From assembly GCF_017744695.1 (NCBI RefSeq), contig NZ_JAGIAS010000004.1:143303-207302 (forward strand): a DNA stretch of 64,000 nucleotides, given 5' to 3'. Source of the DNA: Dyadobacter sp. (GTDB lineage Bacteria; Bacteroidota; Bacteroidia; Cytophagales; Spirosomataceae). Below the pieces are notes generated by a model. The model worked only from the letters and a program-made list of their open reading frames with translations. It did not search any database and was not told the DNA's origin. Each line of letters starts with the position of its first letter. Position 1 is the first letter of the stretch. Below, piece by piece: positions 39,483 through 48,984 of the stretch. Made by a program: the position numbers and the translations under genes.

Positions 39483-40829
39483 TTAATAGTCTCCCAGACT
39501 CTCGTCTTTTTTACCAATAATGCCGGTAATATTGTCCCAAAACGTTCCGTTGCGTTTTGGTTGCTCTTTGGCTTCTTTTACGGGTTCTTTCTGCACGACA
39601 TTGCCGGTATTGAAAGCCGATGCAGGTTTGCAAACCGATTTCACCCGTGGATCCACTGACTTCAATCCGGCCCAGGCCAGTCCGATAGCAGTATTGAACG
39701 AAGCATTGCTTACCGCATCCGCTTTCGCCGTCCGGTCCAGGTTTTCGGGATAGCCTACGCGTACCGACATGTCAGTGATCCTTTCGAACAATGCCTCGAT
39801 TTCCGGGATATTCGCCGAACCGCCTGTCAGCACGAGTCCGCCGATCAGTCTGTCGGCGTAACCCGATTTAATGATCTCCGCATAAACCATCGCCGCGATT
39901 TCCTTCAAACGCTCTTCGATGATCAATGCCACATTCTTTTTCAAAACCGGCTTCGGTTGGCGGCCTGCCAGGTAATTGATCAGGATTTCGACATTCAAAG
40001 GAACATCTGCGGACACCGCCACACCATATTCTTTTTTCAAATGCTCCGCATTCTCGAACTGAATGCCACAGCCTACCTCCAAGTCGGAAGTAATGTGCCG
40101 TCCGCCGATCGGGAATGATGCAATATGACGCACAATGCGGTCGTGATAAATGATCACGTCCGTAGTATGGTCGCCGATATCCACCATCGCAATACCGGCT
40201 TTCATTTCATTGTCGGTCAATACAGCCAGGCTGGTTGCCAGTGGAGCTAATACCAGCTTATCGCATTTTAGCGCCTGGTCCGCTTCGGCAAGGCTTTTCT
40301 TGGTACGCAATACCGACTGGCTGTTCGCAGACACCACCAGGAAGTTACCTCCCAGTTTAATACCCGTGCGGCCTACCGGCTCGCGTACGCCCGTCGAGTT
40401 ATCGACCGTGAAATCCATCGGTAGTACATGCAGCACGTCGAAATTCGGTTCGATTTTCGCCCGGTACATGTCATCAACCAGTTGGTCTACATCCCGCTGC
40501 GTTACTTCCTCGCCCGATGACGCCGAAGGCCGGATCACCCCGTCGCTCTGCGCGCTCACCTTCACGTGCGTGCCCCCGAAGCTTACATTGACTATACCAA
40601 TATCGAGATCCGAACGTGAACCAGCTTCCGCCAGTGCTTCCTTGATCGCGCTGCCAACCTGTTTAATGTTTTCAACGGAGCCGTTTACTACTGCTCCCGA
40701 CGGCACAGGGACTTCGCTGAAGCCCAAAATCTCGATATTGTTCCGGCGCGTCGCTGAGCCTTGCGCAGCCACCACCGTTATTTTAGTACTTCCAATATCT
40801 ACCCCAACTACAATCTTATCGTGTGCCAT
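39483..40829 (-). CDS. ftsA: Cell division protein FtsA
   Basis: VGVDIGSTKI, VDIGDHTTD, GLVLTGGSA. Confidence 0.97.
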   Translation of the reverse strand: MAHDKIVVGVDIGSTKITVVAAQGSATRRNNIEILGFSEVPVPSGAVVNGSVENIKQVGSAIKEALAEAGSRSDLDIGIVNVSFGGTHVKVSAQSDGVIRPSASSGEEVTQRDVDQLVDDMYRAKIEPNFDVLHVLPMDFTVDNSTGVREPVGRTGIKLGGNFLVVSANSQSVLRTKKSLAEADQALKCDKLVLAPLATSLAVLTDNEMKAGIAMVDIGDHTTDVIIYHDRIVRHIASFPIGGRHITSDLEVGCGIQFENAEHLKKEYGVAVSADVPLNVEILINYLAGRQPKPVLKKNVALIIEERLKEIAAMVYAEIIKSGYADRLIGGLVLTGGSANIPEIEALFERITDMSVRVGYPENLDRTAKADAVSNASFNTAIGLAWAGLKSVDPRVKSVCKPASAFNTGNVVQKEPVKEAKEQPKRNGTFWDNITGIIGKKDESLGDY

Positions 40830-40844
40830 GCTGATGGTGAATTA

Positions 40845-41621
40845 TTATTCACAAACTATTTGATCTTGAAACTTAACACTAATTCTTTTGTACCGCCCCC
40901 AATCCTTGCTCAACACCTTGTCATAAAAGATGCGCAATTTTTTGAACTTGGCCTCGAAATCTTCCGCCATTCCCAGTTCGACCCGTTGGTCGCCCAGTAA
41001 TGTCGTAAGGTCTATCTCACCATCCTTGTCCACATTCATTTGCGTAACCTGCGCTTTCCAGAACGGGTCGGTGTTCAGAAAACGCAATAACTCCAAAACC
41101 TGAGCGCCCTTTTCGGACCTCAGCTTTTGAGGGTTCTGGAAATACGCCCCTGAAACCAGTAACGTTCTTGCTGAATAACTTTCTGATAGAGGAAAAAAAA
41201 CGCCCTCATGGTTGATATAGTATCCCGATGTGTTCCGCATTTCCCCATTATCCGAAGTGTTAATCCAGCGCGCAAGCGGTTTCTCCTGCTCTACTTCGAC
41301 TACTATATTGCCCCTGAGGTCACGAAAAACCTGACATTTCTTGATCAATTTGTTGCGGCTGACACGGTTTTCCAGATCGTGCAAGGCCACATCTTTAAGC
41401 CTGCTTCCGATCAGCGGATCACCGCCGTTTTCGGTCAGCAGCATTTGCACATCCATTTGGTTCAGGAATCTTGTACCCGAATCCCCTTGAATCGATATTA
41501 CGAGATTTGTGCAACGCTGTTGACCGAGCTTGCTTTCCGCCATGCCGATGCCGGCGATGGGCAGAATAAGCCACAAACTACGCTTCAACAAAGTCCATGA
41601 ATAGTCAAATTTACGTAACAT
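40845..41621 (-). CDS. ftsQ: Cell division protein FtsQ/DivIB
   Basis: TM helix + POTRA-like region, C-terminal ISVKFQDQIVC; between murC and ftsA; start uncertain. Confidence 0.88.
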   Translation of the reverse strand: MLRKFDYSWTLLKRSLWLILPIAGIGMAESKLGQQRCTNLVISIQGDSGTRFLNQMDVQMLLTENGGDPLIGSRLKDVALHDLENRVSRNKLIKKCQVFRDLRGNIVVEVEQEKPLARWINTSDNGEMRNTSGYYINHEGVFFPLSESYSARTLLVSGAYFQNPQKLRSEKGAQVLELLRFLNTDPFWKAQVTQMNVDKDGEIDLTTLLGDQRVELGMAEDFEAKFKKLRIFYDKVLSKDWGRYKRISVKFQDQIVCE

Positions 41622-41646
41622 CTTAGTAATATTAAAAATGCTTTGA

Positions 41647-43059
41647 CTAATTATTCGCAACGGTATTTTGCAGCAAATCGCGTATCGGGCCTACCAAAGT
41701 ATCGATATCCCCGGCGCCTATCGTGACTACAATATCCGTATTTAATTCTTTTAAAAGTTGTAAAACTTCTTCTTTTGCAACCAGTTGTTTATCATCCAAG
41801 GTCACTTTGTCCAGGATCATTTTCGAATTAACACCCTCTATCGGCAATTCGCGCGCCGGGTAAATATCCAGAAGCAAGAGGCGGTCCGCCAGCGATAAAC
41901 TTTCTGCGAAACCGTCCGCAAAGTCTCGCGTGCGGGTGAACAGGTGCGGCTGGAAGATCGCCGTCACGTGGCGGCCGGGATACAACCCCTTCACCGACGA
42001 CAAAAAAGCCTCGATTTCCGTCGGATGGTGCGCATAATCGTCGATATACACATTTCCTTCTTCCTCTACCTGGTATTCAAATCGGCGTTTCACACCTCCG
42101 TAACTTTCCAGCGCCTCCTTGATTTTTGCGGGTTCCACGCCGATGTATAATGCCACCGCGCTCGCAGCAATCGAGTTTTCTATATTATGATAACCCGGGA
42201 TTTTCATCGCAATACCTTCAATCACACCTCCGGGGTAGATCAGGTCAAATACGAACCGGGCATTCTCGATACGGATATTCTCCGAATGATATGGTCCGCT
42301 ATTTAATGAGTAGGTAAATACCTGAGCCTTGCTGCTATCCGCGATTTCCAAACCTTCGCGCATGAATAATGCCCCGTTTTCGTCGATCTGGCTCACGTAA
42401 TCCCGGAAAGATTCGAGCACAGCTTCGTGCTTGCCGTAAATATCGAGGTGATCGGCGTCGGTTGATGTCACAATCGCAATTTCCGGAAACAATGTGAGGA
42501 AAGAGCGGTCGAATTCATCTGCCTCTACCACACAGAAAACCTCTTCCAGCTTGTCGGTAGGCTCATTGAGGAGCAGGTTAGTACCGTAGTTTTGGGTAAT
42601 ACCTCCCAAAAACGCCGTGCTGTTCACGTGCGCGTGGCGCAGGATGTGCGCTACCAGCGAAGACGTGGTCGTTTTCCCGTGTGTACCCGCGACGCCGATT
42701 GTCCGCAGGTTTTTAGTTAAAATGCCTAAAACCTGCGAGCGTTTCAGGATCAAAAAGTTTTCGTCCCGGAAGTAAAGCATTTGCTTATGCTGCACCGGAA
42801 CGGCAGGCGTATAAATGACGAGCGTTTGTTGCGGATCGGCGGTAAAGGCTGCCGGAATAGTCGAAACCTCATCTTCGAGCGTCACCGGAATGCCTTCTTC
42901 AATGAGTTTGCCTACCAGCGGGGTCATCGTTTTGTCATAACCGGCCACGTCAAAGCCATTAGCTTTAAACCAACGGGCCAGCGCACTCATTCCGATCCCG
43001 CCTATTCCTACAAAATAGATATATTTCCAATTTGTCACAGAGGATGACATCATATTCAA
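41647..43059 (-). CDS. murC: UDP-N-acetylmuramate--L-alanine ligase
   Basis: YFVGIGGIGMSALA, AGTHGKTTTS, EADEFDRSFL, DDYAHHPTEI, FQPHLFTRT. Confidence 0.98.
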   Translation of the reverse strand: MNMMSSSVTNWKYIYFVGIGGIGMSALARWFKANGFDVAGYDKTMTPLVGKLIEEGIPVTLEDEVSTIPAAFTADPQQTLVIYTPAVPVQHKQMLYFRDENFLILKRSQVLGILTKNLRTIGVAGTHGKTTTSSLVAHILRHAHVNSTAFLGGITQNYGTNLLLNEPTDKLEEVFCVVEADEFDRSFLTLFPEIAIVTSTDADHLDIYGKHEAVLESFRDYVSQIDENGALFMREGLEIADSSKAQVFTYSLNSGPYHSENIRIENARFVFDLIYPGGVIEGIAMKIPGYHNIENSIAASAVALYIGVEPAKIKEALESYGGVKRRFEYQVEEEGNVYIDDYAHHPTEIEAFLSSVKGLYPGRHVTAIFQPHLFTRTRDFADGFAESLSLADRLLLLDIYPARELPIEGVNSKMILDKVTLDDKQLVAKEEVLQLLKELNTDIVVTIGAGDIDTLVGPIRDLLQNTVANN

Positions 43060-43068
43060 ATCTTGGGG

Positions 43069-44166
43069 TTACTGAATCAAATTAAAAACTTCTGCGGCAA
43101 TGTCGTCGGCCGCGCTCGGACGCGCCAGTTTATTGATATTCGTCTGCAATTCACGTTGGCGCGTCACATCGTCGAGCAGGGCCAATGCCTGGTCCACCAG
43201 CTTCGTCCGCGCTTCCGAGTCCCTTACCAGAATGGCCGCATTGCTATCGACAAGGTTCATCGCATTCTTGGTCTGATGGTCTTCCGAAGCATACGGAAAC
43301 GGCACCAGGATGGCAGGTTTAGCAGCAAGGCACAGTTCTGAAACCGACAATGCGCCAGCGCGTGAAACCACCACATCGGCAACCGCATAGGCGAGATCCA
43401 TGGTATATATGAAGTCAAATGCTTTTACCCGGTCGGTTCCCAGTTTTTCGATAGCGGCTTTCGCCTTGTCGATATCGTTCTTGCCGGTTTGCCATAATAT
43501 CTGATACCCGGCTTCCACCAACCTGCCCAGTCCTTCCGTGATACTTTCGTTGATCGAACGCGCACCGAGGCTACCTCCCATTACAAACAGTGTTTTGGAA
43601 CCTTCGCTTAATTCAAAATGCTCCAAACCAGCGGCGCGCTTCAAATGCACGTACGTAATGTCGCTCCGGACGGGGTTTCCCAGCATCGTAATTTTCTCTT
43701 TCGGAAAAAACGCTTCCATACCCGGGTAAGCCACACAAATTCTGGCGGCCTTTTTAGCAAGAAATTTATTGGTAATGCCTGCGTAGGAATTCTGTTCCTG
43801 GATCAAAGTCGGAATACCGGCCATGGACGCCATCATCAGCAACGGCCCGCTGGCAAAACCGCCGACCCCCACTGCTACGTCGGGTTTGAATTCTTTGATC
43901 ACCTCCCGGGCTTTCATCAGGCTTCGCAGCATTTTGAAAGGGAGCGCCAGGTTTTCCAGCGAAAGGCTTCTTTTGATTCCCGCAATGGGGAGACCCACGA
44001 TTTTATAACCTGCGCGGGGTACTTTTTCCATTTCCATTTTTCCCAAAGCACCTACAAACAGGATCTCCGTGTCCGGCTCCTTGTGCTGCAATGCATTGGC
44101 AATGGCGATAGCCGGGTAAATATGCCCGCCGGTCCCTCCTCCGCTGATAATGATTCTTTTTGCCAT
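43069..44166 (-). CDS. murG: Lipid II GlcNAc transferase
   Basis: SGGGTGGHIYPA, GVGGFAS, EQNSYAG, GGSLGA, SRAGA. Confidence 0.98.
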   Translation of the reverse strand: MAKRIIISGGGTGGHIYPAIAIANALQHKEPDTEILFVGALGKMEMEKVPRAGYKIVGLPIAGIKRSLSLENLALPFKMLRSLMKAREVIKEFKPDVAVGVGGFASGPLLMMASMAGIPTLIQEQNSYAGITNKFLAKKAARICVAYPGMEAFFPKEKITMLGNPVRSDITYVHLKRAAGLEHFELSEGSKTLFVMGGSLGARSINESITEGLGRLVEAGYQILWQTGKNDIDKAKAAIEKLGTDRVKAFDFIYTMDLAYAVADVVVSRAGALSVSELCLAAKPAILVPFPYASEDHQTKNAMNLVDSNAAILVRDSEARTKLVDQALALLDDVTRQRELQTNINKLARPSAADDIAAEVFNLIQ

Positions 44167-44167
44167 G

Positions 44168-45322
44168 TTAAATGCGTTTTTCCTCCACGATTTCCCCCCG
44201 GCTCACGCTGAGGATCATGCCCATTGCAATACCCGTGAAAAGCAGCGACGTTCCACCCTGACTAAAAAACGGCAGCGTTTGCCCCGTTACCGGCACTAAA
44301 CCTACGGTTACCGCCATCGCAGAAAATGCCTGGCTCACCACGATAAATGTCAGTCCGGCCGATAGCAACCCGCCAAACGGCCGCTTCGTCGCTTCGATCG
44401 CTTTCAGACCCCGGTACAACAGGATCAGGTACAGGATGATCAACGCGGTACCACCCAGCGTGCCGTACTCCTCCACCGCGACCGCGAAAATGAAGTCTTT
44501 CTGAGGCTCCGGAAGAAAGCGGCGTTGGCGGCTTTTGGAAACACCTTCCCCGTACAATCCACCGCGGGCCATTGCCATATAGGATTGCTGCGATTGGTAA
44601 ACCACTACGTCCTTGTCAAAAAACGTAGATATCCGGCTTTGCGCCGTTCCGGAACGCTGTGTGGAGTTAAGCAAAATGGCGATCGTCGCAAAAAACACCA
44701 GGCCGAGCGCCGTGAATGCCAGGTAATGCAGCGGAACTTTGCCTACGAACATCAGCAAAAAGCAAATACCCGCCAGCATTACGGCCGTCGATACGTTACT
44801 CACGAAAATCAGCCCGCATACGACACCTACGAGCGCGAGCGGTTCCATGAAGAGCTCACGGGTATTCCAGCCGCCTTTGATATGCCGCGCAAGAATCAGC
44901 GACAAATGCGCTACCAGCGCCACCTTGGCCCATTCCGAAGGCTGGAAGCGCTGGCCGATCACCGGGATCTCAATCCAGCGGGCTGCATCATTCACCGATC
45001 TCCCGAAAAACATCGTGAATATCAAAAGCAGAATGGAGCTCCAGACCGCAAGCCGCGTTACATACACGAATTTGATATAAGGCACCCGGTGGACGAAATA
45101 CATCACGCCGAGCGACAGCACGCACAGCAATGCATGTTTATAAAGGTAATATTCGGTATTACCGTCCATCTGGCTGTAAGCGTCCTTCACCGAAGCACTG
45201 TACACCACCACAATGCTCCACATCAGCATGATAATGCATATCCCCCATATCCAGGGGTCACCTTTGAGGTTTTTGCTAAACCATGCCTGGGTATCTTCCC
45301 TTGTTTTGTTCAGGAAATCCAT
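44168..45322 (-). CDS. ftsW: SEDS family peptidoglycan glycosyltransferase FtsW
   Basis: ARWI, FQPSEWAK, LPEPQKDFIFAVAVEEYG, TGQTLPFFSQGGTS. Confidence 0.95.
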   Translation of the reverse strand: MDFLNKTREDTQAWFSKNLKGDPWIWGICIIMLMWSIVVVYSASVKDAYSQMDGNTEYYLYKHALLCVLSLGVMYFVHRVPYIKFVYVTRLAVWSSILLLIFTMFFGRSVNDAARWIEIPVIGQRFQPSEWAKVALVAHLSLILARHIKGGWNTRELFMEPLALVGVVCGLIFVSNVSTAVMLAGICFLLMFVGKVPLHYLAFTALGLVFFATIAILLNSTQRSGTAQSRISTFFDKDVVVYQSQQSYMAMARGGLYGEGVSKSRQRRFLPEPQKDFIFAVAVEEYGTLGGTALIILYLILLYRGLKAIEATKRPFGGLLSAGLTFIVVSQAFSAMAVTVGLVPVTGQTLPFFSQGGTSLLFTGIAMGMILSVSRGEIVEEKRI

Positions 45323-45354
45323 ATTGTTTGGCGGCTAATATTGGATTGTTGAGT

Positions 45355-45395
45355 TATTGTCAAGTATAGTCAGGGATTGTCAGGAAAGAGTCATG
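45355..45395. repeat. Four-unit 10-bp GTCA(G/A)G tandem repeat, same family as 34321-34580
   Basis: TATTGTCAAG TATAGTCAGG GATTGTCAGG AAAGAGTCATG, directly after the murD stop. Confidence 0.75.
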
Positions 45396-46734
45396 AAAGT
45401 AGATTTCTGACAGCAGCTTTGAACTGATCACCCCGGTCTTCATAGTTTTTGAACAAATCAAAACTCGCGCAGGCGGGCGAAAGCAGAACGATATCTCCCG
45501 GCACGCCCCATTCCCGCCCTTTGTTGACGGCATCCTGGACGTCCTCGGTCGCGTAAATTTGCGGGACTTTGCCTGAAAAATAGTTTTCAAGCTTCGCCGG
45601 GTCCTTCCCCAGCACGATCAGTCCTTTCACTTTATTCTTTACCAGCTCTTCAATTTGTGAATAATCATTCCCTTTATCCACACCACCGGCAATCAGGATC
45701 ACCGGCTGGTTGAAGCTGCCCAATGCGTAGAAAACGGAATCCACATTGGTAGCCTTGGAATCATTGATATAGGTTACCCCATTGATCACTTCCACCTGTT
45801 CGAGTCGGTGGGGCGCATTGGTGAACGACTTCAATCCTTCGCTGATCTTTTCCGCATCGACGCCCAGCAACTGTGCAACCGAAATCGCCGCCAGCGCATT
45901 GATCGCATTATGCGGACCTTTGATCGGCAATTCACCGAATGCCTGCGCAAATGCACGGCCATTAATACTGGAAATCAACTGCCCGTTTTCAAGGTACGAA
46001 CCTGAGTCCAATGCATTTTCCAGCGAAACTTGCACCTTCCCAACCGTCGGGTTTCGCTTTTCGAGCTCCTTCTCAATCACTTCACTCTCCTTATAGTAAA
46101 TGAAATGATCTGAGGCCGTCTGGTTACGGATAATATTGAATTTGGAATTCACATAATTCTGGAAATCATACCCATAACGATCGAGGTGATCGGGAGTGAT
46201 ATTCAGGAGAACGGAAATATAAGGGTGGAAATCAACAATATTATCCAGTTGGAAACTACTGATTTCCAATACATAATAATCAAAATGCTTTTCGGAAACG
46301 GCCCAGGCGAAGCTGTCGCCGATATTGCCTGCCAAGCCTACATTCAGCCCTGCGGTTTTGAGCAAATGATAGGTAAGTAAGGTGGTAGTGGTCTTGCCGT
46401 TACTACCCGTAATCGCAATCAGTTTCGCATCCGTATAGCGCGAGGCGAACTCGATTTCGGAGATCACCGGAATGCCCTTTTCTTTCAATGCGACGATCAG
46501 AGGCACTTTATCGGGAATGCCCGGACTCTTTACCACGAGGTCGCTTTCGAGGATGCGTCCCTCCGAATGCTGCCCCTGTTCAAATGGAATATTTTTACTG
46601 TTCAGAATGTCCGCGTACTTCTGATGCAACTGGCCCTTATCCGATAAAAAAACTTCAAAACCTTTGGATTTCGCGAGGATCGCCGCGCCTGCGCCGCTTT
46701 CTCCGCCACCCAGAATCGTCACCTTTTTTTGCAC
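45391..46734 (-). CDS. murD: UDP-MurNAc-L-Ala--D-glutamate ligase
   Basis: ILGGGESG, ITGSNGKTTTT, LEISSFQL, PHRLE, NDSKATN, LLSPACASFD; start GTG 46734 preferred (TTG 46767 possible). Confidence 0.97.
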   Translation of the reverse strand: MQKKVTILGGGESGAGAAILAKSKGFEVFLSDKGQLHQKYADILNSKNIPFEQGQHSEGRILESDLVVKSPGIPDKVPLIVALKEKGIPVISEIEFASRYTDAKLIAITGSNGKTTTTLLTYHLLKTAGLNVGLAGNIGDSFAWAVSEKHFDYYVLEISSFQLDNIVDFHPYISVLLNITPDHLDRYGYDFQNYVNSKFNIIRNQTASDHFIYYKESEVIEKELEKRNPTVGKVQVSLENALDSGSYLENGQLISSINGRAFAQAFGELPIKGPHNAINALAAISVAQLLGVDAEKISEGLKSFTNAPHRLEQVEVINGVTYINDSKATNVDSVFYALGSFNQPVILIAGGVDKGNDYSQIEELVKNKVKGLIVLGKDPAKLENYFSGKVPQIYATEDVQDAVNKGREWGVPGDIVLLSPACASFDLFKNYEDRGDQFKAAVRNLLS

Positions 46735-46800
46735 TAGAATCGAATTAAAGCGTTGAACAATCTGCAATAACCACGAAGGTAAATCATTTGCCGAATGGAT

Positions 46801-46834
46801 AAAAAAAGAGGCACACGAAATATGCCTCTCTTTT
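46801..46834 (-). terminator. Terminator after mscL
   Basis: AGAGGCA / TGCCTCT with U-tract. Confidence 0.65.
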
Positions 46835-46859
46835 GTTATTTATGAACCTTAAAGCAGTT

Positions 46860-47189
46860 CTACTCCTTCTTCAACGATTCGGATAATTTCAATCGATTGG
46901 CTGCTTTTACAATCAGGAAGATCACCCAGGCGATGAGCAGGAACTGAATCATGGTCTGGATAAAGTTTCCGTATCGGATCGCTACTTCCGGGGTTTCACC
47001 GACGGCTTCTTTCAGCACAACCTTAAGTTGTGTAAAATCCACTCCGCCGAGGATCAGCCCGAGGATCGGGTTGATAATGTCCTCTACCAACGAAGTAGTG
47101 ATTTTCCCGAACGCCGCACCGATAACGACACCGACTGCAAGATCCAGCACGTTGCCCTGGGCAATGAATGTTTTAAATTCTTTTAGCAT
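46860..47189 (-). CDS. mscL: Large-conductance mechanosensitive channel
   Basis: [36 protein letters not shown]. Confidence 0.96.
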   Translation of the reverse strand: MLKEFKTFIAQGNVLDLAVGVVIGAAFGKITTSLVEDIINPILGLILGGVDFTQLKVVLKEAVGETPEVAIRYGNFIQTMIQFLLIAWVIFLIVKAANRLKLSESLKKE

Positions 47190-47214
47190 AACAAGATGAG
47201 GTTAGTTGATTAGA

Positions 47215-48147
47215 TTAAAAAGCAAATAAAAAGCCTATGCTGAGGGCCTGAGCAAACTGGATTTTGTTGCTCTGGTCTTCGTCGTAAACCATAATGGCGC
47301 CGAGATTGACATTGACATACTTGTTGATCTTCGCTGTCAGCTGGGCGTCCAGACGGTTATCTATATTCAAAGGGTGCTTGAAGCTGGAAAACATCAGATA
47401 CCGGAATTTCAGATTGACGTCCTTCGCGATATCCTTGTCAAAATTGGCTACCAGCTGGATCAGGGCCGCTTCCGTACGCACGCGCTTGCCGATGGGTACG
47501 CCATAATTCTTCTGGTCGGGCGTATTAACGTACAAATCCTTGTCGACGACGATCGTCTGCCGCAATGCCCCGGGCGCAAGGTCAACAAAGAAATACGGAA
47601 CGGGACGGTATTCGATACCGATCGCCTCGGTCAGGTAGGCAGGAGCAAGAATGCCCGAGACCTTCTTTTTGAACTTCACCGTATCCTTCTCCGACGAATA
47701 TTCATAACCGTTGCCAAACTGCGAAAGGAAGTTGACATTGGCGAAAAGGCTCCATTTAGCTGTCAGTTCGCGGTTGTACTTGGTATCGAAGAAGATCCGG
47801 TCGACGTTTTTGCGACTTTGCTGGCCCTTGTTACGGACGATACCATACTGTCCCTGGAAGTCATTTCTCCACGAATTCTTACCCACTTTCTTCTCGCTCA
47901 ATGCGTTCAGAAAAAGGCCCAGTGCGATCGAGTTGACGCCACCACCCGTCCAGTTGGAACTGAATGAGCCCTGGTTCAGGTTGGCGCCGAATTCGATTTT
48001 GTGCCAGGCGGTGTCATTAGCGGTTTTCAACCGGCCTGAATTGATCGAATTGGTGAGATCAACTTTGTTTTGGGAAACGGCCGGGAATGTCAGAAGTGCG
48101 AGTAAAGTTAAGGCAATAAAGGATGTGCGTTGAAGTTTTTGGCTCAT
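47215..48147 (-). CDS. DUF3078 family outer-membrane protein
   Basis: Signal peptide; LNQGSFSSNWTGGG, RKNVDRI, APAYL, C-terminal F. Confidence 0.8.
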   Translation of the reverse strand: MSQKLQRTSFIALTLLALLTFPAVSQNKVDLTNSINSGRLKTANDTAWHKIEFGANLNQGSFSSNWTGGGVNSIALGLFLNALSEKKVGKNSWRNDFQGQYGIVRNKGQQSRKNVDRIFFDTKYNRELTAKWSLFANVNFLSQFGNGYEYSSEKDTVKFKKKVSGILAPAYLTEAIGIEYRPVPYFFVDLAPGALRQTIVVDKDLYVNTPDQKNYGVPIGKRVRTEAALIQLVANFDKDIAKDVNLKFRYLMFSSFKHPLNIDNRLDAQLTAKINKYVNVNLGAIMVYDEDQSNKIQFAQALSIGFLFAF

Positions 48148-48192
48148 TGTCAATGTGTTTAGTGGACCATACTCATTAAATTTCCATGGTTT

Positions 48193-48218
48193 TACGACTA
48201 ACAAATGAGGAGGTTGCG
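48193..48218 (-). promoter_or_regulatory. ECF-type promoter upstream of DUF3078-mscL
   Basis: CGCAAC-N16-CGTA, between the ECF sigma stop and the DUF3078 start. Confidence 0.5.
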
Positions 48219-48245
48219 GTCAAAGTAAAGCAATTTCCGACGCTT

Positions 48246-48848
48246 TCAAAAAAAATTGCCACCTTCTGAAAGTTTATGATACCACTTGCGGAGCTTCCTT
48301 CTCGAACGCATCAGGCGCATCTTAACTGCACTTTCGGTAATCCGGAAGAGGCTTGCAATGTCACGGATACTGCGGTCGTCGAGGTAGCGGAGGTAAATCA
48401 TCGCCTTGTCTTCCAGGCCGAGCAAATCGAGTGCTTCTTTGAGCATCACCAGATTTACATCTTCCTCAAATAAGCCTTGCAGGCAAAATTCTTCTTTCCC
48501 TGCGCCTTCGGGCGTTTCAGCCTCGAGCACAAGAACGACCCGGCGTTTACTGCCGCGTGCGAGGTCCATGCAATGATTATGCGTGATGGTAAAAAGCCAG
48601 GTGGAGAATTTGGAACCGGTCTTAAATGAGCTCATTTTATGGATCAGTTTAAGAAAGACATCGTGCATAATGTCTTCGGCGCGGGTGGCGTCCTTGGTGA
48701 GCGTGACGCATTTTTGATAAACCTTGACGGCATAACGCTCGTAAAGTTTCTGAAAATGACGATTGTCCCTTGATTCGAGGAAGAATCTAACTAATTCTTC
48801 ATCTGTCGAATTATGCTCCGAACAGGAATTACTCCGTAAATCAACCAT
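48246..48848 (-). CDS. ECF sigma-70 factor (no adjacent anti-sigma)
   Basis: AEDIMHDVFLKL, FSTWLFTITHNHC, SIRDIASLFRITESAVKMRLMRSR. Confidence 0.9.
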   Translation of the reverse strand: MVDLRSNSCSEHNSTDEELVRFFLESRDNRHFQKLYERYAVKVYQKCVTLTKDATRAEDIMHDVFLKLIHKMSSFKTGSKFSTWLFTITHNHCMDLARGSKRRVVLVLEAETPEGAGKEEFCLQGLFEEDVNLVMLKEALDLLGLEDKAMIYLRYLDDRSIRDIASLFRITESAVKMRLMRSRRKLRKWYHKLSEGGNFF

Positions 48849-48917
48849 TCTGCCTGATGAAATGCCGCCGATAGCGTGTGTCGAAAATTAAATTGCATTT
48901 AACTTTCTGTAAATATG

Positions 48918-48959
48918 AAAAAACAACGCCTGGTATACAAATTAGATACCAGGCGTTGT
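48918..48959 (-). terminator. Terminator after tsf
   Basis: ACAACGCCTGGTAT / ATACCAGGCGTTGT plus U-tract. Confidence 0.8.
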
Positions 48960-48984
48960 CAATATATTTTGTTGCTGAAAAGGC

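Noticed and set aside
41881-41890. GCGGTCCGCC match to the micro-insertion inside murC
   Set aside because: Only 10 bp, lacks the second GCGGT, and encodes ordinary MurC sequence (SLADRL) with no length anomaly evident.
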